Source: a virus
Taxonomy: Duplodnaviria > Caudoviricetes
DNA: 52,432 nucleotides
IMG/VR virus record: IMGVR_UViG_3300025096_003559
Location: 1-52,432 of that record
Strand: one strand, 5' to 3'
Shown: piece by piece, positions 46,356 through 52,432 of the stretch
How the letters are laid out: every line of letters starts with the position of its first letter
Numbering within the stretch: position 1 is the stretch's first letter
Program-made: the position numbers and the translations under genes
The notes under the pieces: generated by a model
Seen by the model: the letters and a program-made list of their open reading frames with translations, nothing else
The model's database searches: none
Told to the model about the DNA's origin: nothing

Positions 46356-47279
46356 CTATCTCTTCTTTATTGTGCGAAGTCCGCAATACTCCGCAACTTT
46401 GATAATAATTTTTTCTGCACTGGGAGGCAAATTATCAACGTCTGGATAAAATCCAGCCGATTTGGGTTCCAAACATAGAGTTCTCACTCTTTTATTTACT
46501 TTCATCATCATCGTGTGCGCGATACTACTAGCTGCTCCTTCTTCATAATCATCATCAAGAACTACACCACCAAATTTAGAATTTGCCAAGGCTATCTCCC
46601 AGTCTTCTTTAAAATTAAATGGTTTAATCCAAAGCTGATGAATAATGTTTACTTTTAGTCCTAATTTCTCTAATTCTTTTTGAGCTTCCGCTGCGGCGAA
46701 TCTTGTAATAGAAATAGGAAAAAGAGTAATATCAGCTTTGGGGTGTATAATATTAAAAAGCTCTTTGCTATTATCATAGCTTTTTCGGTGTTCCGATATA
46801 TAATAAACATCATCATCGTTCATAAAACTTTTATAAGCAAACTCATATTCTCGGGGTGTCATTGGGGATGCAATTTTTACACCCGGCATTCTGTGATAAA
46901 TTGAATGATGTGATGAGCCCGCAACTGGACCGATGCCTCCTTCCATCGCAATACCTCTTACCAATAAAGGACAAGGACGTTGCCATATTTCTTTTGATTT
47001 CATTGCATAGTTTGCAATAATAGGAGAGTTATACCACTGGAAGCCTTGATATCGCACAACATAAATTGGTCTTTTTCCTGCTAAAGCTGCTCCCACAACG
47101 ATGCCACCGCCTGCGACATCTGCCATAGAAAGCTCAATCATTCCATCTTTTTCATATAATTTGGGAAGAGTTCCCCCAACCCAGCCAACAGCAGTTAAAC
47201 ATTGTCCATAACACCTGGAACCTTGTTTCAAGTGTTGGTGCGTGATGTCTTTTATTGTTTCTCTAACTGTTTTTGCCAT
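46356..47279 (-). CDS. TPP-dependent pyruvate/2-oxoacid dehydrogenase E1 beta-like subunit
   Basis: 307 aa; GAALAGKRPI, PGVKIASP.TP, EH; transketolase C-terminal-like WIKPF; overlaps the alpha subunit gene. Confidence 0.78.
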   Translation of the reverse strand: MAKTVRETIKDITHQHLKQGSRCYGQCLTAVGWVGGTLPKLYEKDGMIELSMADVAGGGIVVGAALAGKRPIYVVRYQGFQWYNSPIIANYAMKSKEIWQRPCPLLVRGIAMEGGIGPVAGSSHHSIYHRMPGVKIASPMTPREYEFAYKSFMNDDDVYYISEHRKSYDNSKELFNIIHPKADITLFPISITRFAAAEAQKELEKLGLKVNIIHQLWIKPFNFKEDWEIALANSKFGGVVLDDDYEEGAASSIAHTMMMKVNKRVRTLCLEPKSAGFYPDVDNLPPSAEKIIIKVAEYCGLRTIKKR

Positions 47280-48085
47280 ATCTGTTCGACCATTTGTTTA
47301 GTTTGTTCATGAATTTGCGAAGCCTCGTGACCAAGGATATCCATTTGTTCTTGATATCTATCAAAAATATTTTCGTCATCAATACCAGCCCCAGAATGCC
47401 AAAATTTGCGATGAGTATTAATATTTACTAACATGGGCTTTTCAAAAACGCTTACTAAAGCCTGTTTGATTTGTGCGGGGTCATCTTCAATATCAAGCCC
47501 TTGCATATTAAATGCTTCAGCAACATTGTGCATATTCCAGTTTCTTCTTACCTTCTTTTCAGTTAGAATAGAAAGGTTATTATCCTCAACTACGAAAAGT
47601 ATGGGTAATCTCTTTGTCGAAGCCCAGCCAAGCGCCCCTAAAACATAATCTTCTTCGGCAGATGCATCTCCCATATATACTATTGTTGGATGCTGGGTTT
47701 GGTAACAGTGCCCGACCGCAATCGGTACTTGACTCCCCATCAAACCATCATGTCCAAAAATATTTTTTTCCTTTGACTGTATGGACGCAGATCCGCCCAT
47801 GCCATTAGCGCATCCACTTTTTCTACCTAATAGTTCATCTATAAGTCTTTCTATTGGCGCATCAAATGCGAGATAAGTAGAATGCCCTCTATGTTGTATA
47901 AATATATTTGGCTGCACATTTAATTCTTTCATTACCTCTGCAATTGAGGCAGAAATATATTCTTGTCCTGCTGATAAATAAATAGGAAATTTAAACATCT
48001 TGTTTGTAATTCCATCATAAACATATTGTTCAAAATTTCTACATAATGATGCTCTTTTAAACACATTTAGTCTAAAATTATTCAT
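47252..48085 (-). CDS. TPP-dependent dehydrogenase E1 alpha-like subunit
   Basis: 277 aa; YLSAGQE, HRGH, GMGGS, GDASAEE...FVVEDNN (TPP-binding motif). Confidence 0.82.
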   Translation of the reverse strand: MNNFRLNVFKRASLCRNFEQYVYDGITNKMFKFPIYLSAGQEYISASIAEVMKELNVQPNIFIQHRGHSTYLAFDAPIERLIDELLGRKSGCANGMGGSASIQSKEKNIFGHDGLMGSQVPIAVGHCYQTQHPTIVYMGDASAEEDYVLGALGWASTKRLPILFVVEDNNLSILTEKKVRRNWNMHNVAEAFNMQGLDIEDDPAQIKQALVSVFEKPMLVNINTHRKFWHSGAGIDDENIFDRYQEQMDILGHEASQIHEQTKQMVEQIWQKQLEKQ

Positions 48086-48473
48086 ATTTGTTCTTTATAT
48101 GTTGCAATGTATCTGACCAGTTTTCAAAATGATACCCTTTGTCATCAATATAAAGCTGTGCCCTTGGTTTTTCTGCTGTAACTTCTTGTATATACTGCAT
48201 AACATTGTGGCTCGTTAACCACTCGATGACTAATTCAGTGCCGGTTTTTCCATTCACAAGCGGACGATTTGGTTTTGCCTTAGCGGTAAAAATAACTATA
48301 TTATAGCTTTCTGATAATTGTTTTATCGCCTCTAAGGAGCCCTCAATAGGCTCTCCGTAACAGGTGCCATCATGAAACCCCTTGTCAAAAGTGTGTACTA
48401 CGCCATCAAAATCAATTGCAACATTTTTTAAATCATTTTCAAACCCTGGTGGTACTTCTTTATTGCTAAACAT
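48078..48473 (-). CDS. Small HAD-superfamily phosphatase
   Basis: 131 aa; AIDFDGV (DxD), IFTA, KP...YIDD. Confidence 0.75.
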   Translation of the reverse strand: MFSNKEVPPGFENDLKNVAIDFDGVVHTFDKGFHDGTCYGEPIEGSLEAIKQLSESYNIVIFTAKAKPNRPLVNGKTGTELVIEWLTSHNVMQYIQEVTAEKPRAQLYIDDKGYHFENWSDTLQHIKNKYE

Positions 48474-49137
48474 TTTTATCCATAACCATTACCATGGTAT
48501 TATTCTTAATTTTATTGAACACTTTTGTAAGATCACTAATATTATTGGCTGCCACAATATCACCAGCCCCAGCTACGTTAATGTTGTATTCAGTGACGAT
48601 ACCGCCCTGCAAAAACATAATGTTTGTGTCTTGCTTCACTTTATCAAAAAAGCTAATATCGTCTATTTTTGTTACCGTGAGTTCTGAATTTGCAATATGA
48701 TATGTCCGTGGCTCAGAGTCTGTGGAATCTTCAATCCAAAGACACGCCTCTTCTTTGGGATATTCAAAAGTAGAGTTTTCATAAGGCTTGCCTTCCCTTC
48801 CGTAACTGTCTTTAAACCTCACTAAATCATGTTTATCTACCGGGGCTTCAATTTCCAAAACCCATGCACCCCTTTCTCCGGTTGCCATGGTAGAGTGAAA
48901 AAGCCCTTTTCTAATCATGATTTTATTCAATGGATCTAATTTAAATTTATTGCTCAAAAACGATACTTCTGCATTGCCATCTAACAATATTAATCCAGTT
49001 GTTTTGTTAGGATGACAATGCATTGAAGTGTTATGTCCTTTTTGGATATACAAGCACCAAAGTGCAACCTCATCGTTTTCATATGCTAAGTATTCGTAGC
49101 CCCATGGTTTTTTGACTATATTGTGTTTATGACCCAT
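48466..49137 (-). CDS. Cupin-domain protein (mannose-6-phosphate isomerase type II-like N-terminus)
   Basis: 223 aa; KPWGYE, TSMHCH..K, FHS, D.VR..D.YGR. Confidence 0.7.
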   Translation of the reverse strand: MGHKHNIVKKPWGYEYLAYENDEVALWCLYIQKGHNTSMHCHPNKTTGLILLDGNAEVSFLSNKFKLDPLNKIMIRKGLFHSTMATGERGAWVLEIEAPVDKHDLVRFKDSYGREGKPYENSTFEYPKEEACLWIEDSTDSEPRTYHIANSELTVTKIDDISFFDKVKQDTNIMFLQGGIVTEYNINVAGAGDIVAANNISDLTKVFNKIKNNTMVMVMDKNV

Positions 49138-49140
49138 TTT

Positions 49141-49683
49141 TTATCTTCCACTAGACCACTCATTATATACATCAAACGATGTTAACATCCATTGCCCCAT
49201 CCACTTATAGTGAGGACATGTAATGATGTTATTAGATACTACTGCGGGGGCGTCTACATATGTTGCGCCAGAGTTAGCAATATCGTCTCTAATGCTATAA
49301 TATCCAGAAATTTCCCTTCCCTCTGTTACCTTGGAAGAGATTAACATCTGTGCACCATGGCATATACAAGCGATCACCTTACCTCTACTATCCCATTCAC
49401 GGATAAAATCAAGAACTTGTGTTTCTTGGCGTAGCTTTTCCAATGCCTTTACCCCGCCGGGTATAACCATTAAGTCATACTCATTCAAAAATTGTTCTGA
49501 CTTAGTATGCAACTCGTCGGCTGTTCTAGTACACTCCATATATGTTCCTAAAATTCCATGAATTCGCCCTAACTTATCGGCTAGAATATCTACTTCGAAC
49601 TCTTCTTCAAGAAGCCGATAATAAGGATATATAACTTCGTGATCTTGAAATTTGCTAAAAGTAACTATTAATGCTTTTTTCAT
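49141..49683 (-). CDS. DJ-1/PfpI family protein
   Basis: 180 aa; FQDHE..YP, IPGG, ICHG nucleophile elbow, YVDAPAVVSNNIIT. Confidence 0.85.
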   Translation of the reverse strand: MKKALIVTFSKFQDHEVIYPYYRLLEEEFEVDILADKLGRIHGILGTYMECTRTADELHTKSEQFLNEYDLMVIPGGVKALEKLRQETQVLDFIREWDSRGKVIACICHGAQMLISSKVTEGREISGYYSIRDDIANSGATYVDAPAVVSNNIITCPHYKWMGQWMLTSFDVYNEWSSGR

Positions 49684-49693
49684 TTTTTCCTCT

Positions 49694-50200
49694 TTAAGAC
49701 TTAATTGTCCTGTCTCTTAATTGTAACATAGGATTGTCAATTGGCCAAATTATATTAAGCCTTTTGTCATCCCATTTTAAAGTAAACTGATCTGACACAT
49801 CTGGGTATTCTCCTGGATAATGCCATTTGTAGTGAAATACACACTGATTACTTAAGACCAAAAACCCATTTCCAATCCCCGGTGAAAGTAACACTTGTGT
49901 CCTATTTTTATCGTTCAATATTTCCCAATCCCATTGCAAATATGTTGGAGAATCTTTGCGATTGTCAACAGTGACAAAATATATTTCTCCATGTAAACAT
50001 GTGATAAGCTTGTGTGATTTAAAATCTCCGTGAATTCCTCTTAAAACATTTTTCCGCGATGTGGACACTTTATCATGATTATATGGCAGATCATTCTCGC
50101 CAGCGCCAGCTTTCCACAGCGTCCATAGTTCTCCTCTAAAATCTGTATATATATCAGGAGAAATATAGTTTACTCCATCCGTTATTCTTCTTGTACCCAA
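49694..50200 (-). CDS. rmlC: dTDP-4-dehydrorhamnose 3,5-epimerase family (RmlC-like cupin)
   Basis: 168 aa; DFRG, SRKNVLRGIHG, VDNRKDSPTY, GNGFLVLS, YK, WDD...I.WP. Confidence 0.8.
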   Translation of the reverse strand: MGTRRITDGVNYISPDIYTDFRGELWTLWKAGAGENDLPYNHDKVSTSRKNVLRGIHGDFKSHKLITCLHGEIYFVTVDNRKDSPTYLQWDWEILNDKNRTQVLLSPGIGNGFLVLSNQCVFHYKWHYPGEYPDVSDQFTLKWDDKRLNIIWPIDNPMLQLRDRTIKS

Positions 50201-50601
50201 CTAATTTCCCAATCTTTAAACTCAGCAGCCAAACAATCAATCTTGTAGTCTTTCCTTCCGCCGACTACTTCTTGAATTTTGTTTTTAGCAACATTTCGTA
50301 TACCATTTAACCCATGTGTTAGTTCTAAATTATTTCCATTCTTAATACCTTTTCGATAATTTGATTCATTATGCCAAATATGTAAATTCATCTGTGATAA
50401 CACTATAATTGCTCTTAACACATTTGCATCTAATATAGCTGAATTTTCTTTTATTATCAAATCAATATCATATAAAATATTAGAAATTTCTTTAGAGTAC
50501 TCTTCCTTATGCTCCAATATAAACACTTCCTTAAGTTGGATAATGGAAAGTCGATCAATTAATTCTGATAATGTTGGGAGATATTTTCTTTGTTTTTGCA
50601 T
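50182..50601 (-). CDS. Helical hypothetical protein (DUF4254/DUF6165-like)
   Basis: 139 aa; TLSELIDRLSIIQLKE...N..IWH.E...R...N..RN pattern. Confidence 0.55.
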   Translation of the reverse strand: MQKQRKYLPTLSELIDRLSIIQLKEVFILEHKEEYSKEISNILYDIDLIIKENSAILDANVLRAIIVLSQMNLHIWHNESNYRKGIKNGNNLELTHGLNGIRNVAKNKIQEVVGGRKDYKIDCLAAEFKDWEISWVQEE

Positions 50602-50613
50602 TCAATTCCTCAT

Positions 50614-51588
50614 TTATAGTTTCAACGTTTTTTTGATAGTTTCAAATACACAATCATCTATGCAATTATATTTTTGTACACGCTGAAAATTATCTTGTAC
50701 GTGGTCAAACATATCATAATAAAGTTGCGGTGAAATGTTCTCTAAGATATCTACTAATTCTGGTCCGGTGTCAAAGGTTAGAATTCCTTTTTCGTTAAAG
50801 AAATCTCCGATATTCGGGCATCCCCAAAAAATAGGAATTGTGCCTGTTCTAAAACCACTCATGGGGTGATCACCAAAATAGTTTTTTTCTTTGGCGTTAA
50901 TAATGCTTATATAAAAGTAATAATCTCTTAATGCTTCAACGTGTCTATCAAAGGGTTTATATGCCCTTCCCCATACATCAACATCATATCCCTTCTTCTT
51001 TATAACATCAACAACTATGTGTCTTAGTCTGTGACCACGTATTGCATTTCCTCCGACCAATCCTCCGTGCATTGCGTCAGCGTGTAGTGTTGGGTGTCCC
51101 TTTTTTGATGCCAGTATTGATGCAAGCTTTGTTTTCTTGTATATTTGTTGTTCTTCATATTTAAATGCCGTGGACGCCCCAAGCGGAGCGGTGTGCACAT
51201 ATTTTGGACCCCGAGCTATCAACTCACTATCACAGGTAAAAATATAATCAAATTTGTGCTCGACGCGTTTTGTATGTTCTAAAATAAATGGATGAATAGT
51301 CCTACATTCTTGTATTAGAGCTATTTTATATTTTGTAGTGGTGTGATCTACAAGAGGGGATAAAAGATCTTTTTCTGTAAACATGGTAATATCGACGCCC
51401 TCTTCAGATAAAACATTTAAAGGCTTTAAAGCGCAATCGAGCAAGCCTCCTCCATATATCCATTCAACCTCCTTCGGTCGAGCATGTTCTCCCATTATAT
51501 CCGCGAACGAATAGTAATCACCCTCTTTGTTATAATTTACTGGAGAGATGACGCTACAATAAAAATTGACTTTTGTTCTTTTAGGCAT
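50614..51588 (-). CDS. Glycosyltransferase family 10-like (alpha-1,3-fucosyltransferase fold), divergent
   Basis: 324 aa; GHRLRH, D.WGR, YYFYISIINA...NYFGDH...GTIPIFWGCPNIGDFFN. Confidence 0.6.
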   Translation of the reverse strand: MPKRTKVNFYCSVISPVNYNKEGDYYSFADIMGEHARPKEVEWIYGGGLLDCALKPLNVLSEEGVDITMFTEKDLLSPLVDHTTTKYKIALIQECRTIHPFILEHTKRVEHKFDYIFTCDSELIARGPKYVHTAPLGASTAFKYEEQQIYKKTKLASILASKKGHPTLHADAMHGGLVGGNAIRGHRLRHIVVDVIKKKGYDVDVWGRAYKPFDRHVEALRDYYFYISIINAKEKNYFGDHPMSGFRTGTIPIFWGCPNIGDFFNEKGILTFDTGPELVDILENISPQLYYDMFDHVQDNFQRVQKYNCIDDCVFETIKKTLKL

Positions 51589-51892
51589 TCTGCTCCTTAA
51601 AAAATCTCTCTGAGTTTATAGCCTTATCACATATGAAAATATCATATGATGGTTTTCGCATTTTTAGTTCATTGTGTTTCGCACCCCACTTGAGTAATTG
51701 TTCTTGTGTTACATCCGTCCAGTCTATGCCAGTAGTGCCGCCTCGGGCTGTCCAATAAACAATCGTGTGTCCATCATCGTATAAGGTATTGATTTTTGTT
51801 ATTCTTTCATGATTCGGTAGTGCATCTGGATAATGCCTGTCTCCATCGTAATAACAGATTGTCTCGTCTATGTCAATATAATAAACCATCAA
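51581..51892 (-). CDS. Small HAD-like phosphatase (capsule-biosynthesis phosphatase type)
   Basis: 103 aa; YIDIDETIC, YWTARG, KP..D..ICDKA. Confidence 0.72.
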   Translation of the reverse strand: MMVYYIDIDETICYYDGDRHYPDALPNHERITKINTLYDDGHTIVYWTARGGTTGIDWTDVTQEQLLKWGAKHNELKMRKPSYDIFICDKAINSERFFKEQNA

Positions 51893-52257
51893 TCGCCTTT
51901 TTCAACTCTGTAGCTATCACTGTCAAAATGCTGGGTGGAGAATTCAAACAATTCAGAATCTTCTAATGCTATCATTCGATGTCTTAGTCCCCGATAAATA
52001 TGAAAGTTGTCGCCAGCATTTAAAACAAGTTCGTTGGCATTCTCAAGATCGTCTTCTTCGGAATATTTAATTAACATCCTTCCAGATTGCAAGTAAAATA
52101 CCTCGTCTTTCAACACATGATAATGCCAAGAGCATTTTTTGCCTTTGTTAAAAAACAAAAGCTTTCCGCAATATTCTTCATTGTTTACAATCCAGCGCTC
52201 CCACCCCCAGCCTTTGGGAACGTGCTTCATTTCTAAGGTAGCGGTATTTTCTACCAA
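51889..52257 (-). CDS. Cupin-domain protein (sugar isomerase-like)
   Basis: 122 aa; KGWG.E, CSWHYH..KDE.FY, H..., EFST. TTG start has a GGAGG SD; alternative ATG at 52230. Confidence 0.72.
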   Translation of the reverse strand: MVENTATLEMKHVPKGWGWERWIVNNEEYCGKLLFFNKGKKCSWHYHVLKDEVFYLQSGRMLIKYSEEDDLENANELVLNAGDNFHIYRGLRHRMIALEDSELFEFSTQHFDSDSYRVEKGD

Positions 52258-52432
52258 ACTGTTTTTCCTCCATCAATAACAACGTTCTCGCCGGTCATAT
52301 ACGAGCTAGCGTCAGAACAAAGGAAGACAATTGCCCCCTTGTATTCGTTTATATCCGCCATACGCCCCATTGGAATAATATTAGATAACTTATCCACGAA
52401 GTTTTCTGGGTGGTTGTTATAGACGCCTGTAG
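52251..52432 (-). CDS. SDR oxidoreductase, C-terminal fragment (gene begins beyond the window)
   Basis: Manual translation TGVYNNHPENFVDKLSNIIPMGRMADINEYKGAIVFLCSDASSYMTGENVVIDGGKTVW*; classical SDR C-terminus. Confidence 0.8.
   Translation of the reverse strand, partial: TGVYNNHPENFVDKLSNIIPMGRMADINEYKGAIVFLCSDASSYMTGENVVIDGGKTVW

Noticed and set aside
46356-48085. Pyruvate dehydrogenase as a central-metabolism auxiliary gene
   Set aside because: No E2/E3 genes, a short alpha subunit and a nucleotide-sugar context point to a sugar-branching role.
857-49561. Numerous short plus-strand and nested minus-strand ORFs in the track
   Set aside because: All overlap longer motif-bearing minus-strand genes and show no recognisable motifs; treated as shadow ORFs.
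1-52432. Stop-codon recoding, tRNAs, CRISPR arrays, introns/inteins, transposases or DGR elements
   Set aside because: Standard-code ORFs tile the window densely and end in all three stop codons. Intergenic gaps are at most ~80 nt, and I saw no repeat-spacer arrays or RT, intein or transposase motifs. A covariance-model scan was not possible.

Overview
The window reads as part of a large (jumbo-type) myophage genome, with essentially all real genes on the minus strand. 1-31.3 kb is a virion tail/baseplate module: a gp25-like protein, a gp6/J-like wedge, a 3492-aa LamG-containing gp7-like wedge, a probable spike, two tandem M15 peptidases and several large orphan proteins. 31.3-32.9 kb holds a T4 gp55-like sigma factor and small genes. 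32.9-52.4 kb is a tightly coupled, AT-richer cluster of about 22 genes for nucleotide-sugar synthesis and tailoring that runs off the window end: split HldE, Gmd, a ColD-type dehydratase, Fcl-like reductases, a TPP E1 alpha/beta pair, three B12-binding radical SAMs, a divergent HemN, PhyH, RmlC, cupins, HADs and a GT10-like transferase. Two signals stand out. (i) [S/T]-G-S and [S/T]-A-S tripeptides are strongly and selectively enriched in two baseplate proteins, a candidate sequon for a phage-encoded virion glycosylation system. (ii) A (C/A)TA-N-TTA motif sits in 7 of the 8 larger intergenic gaps of the structural region, a candidate non-T4 late promoter for the local sigma factor. All assignments come from motif recognition by eye and counts are hand counts; no database search was run.
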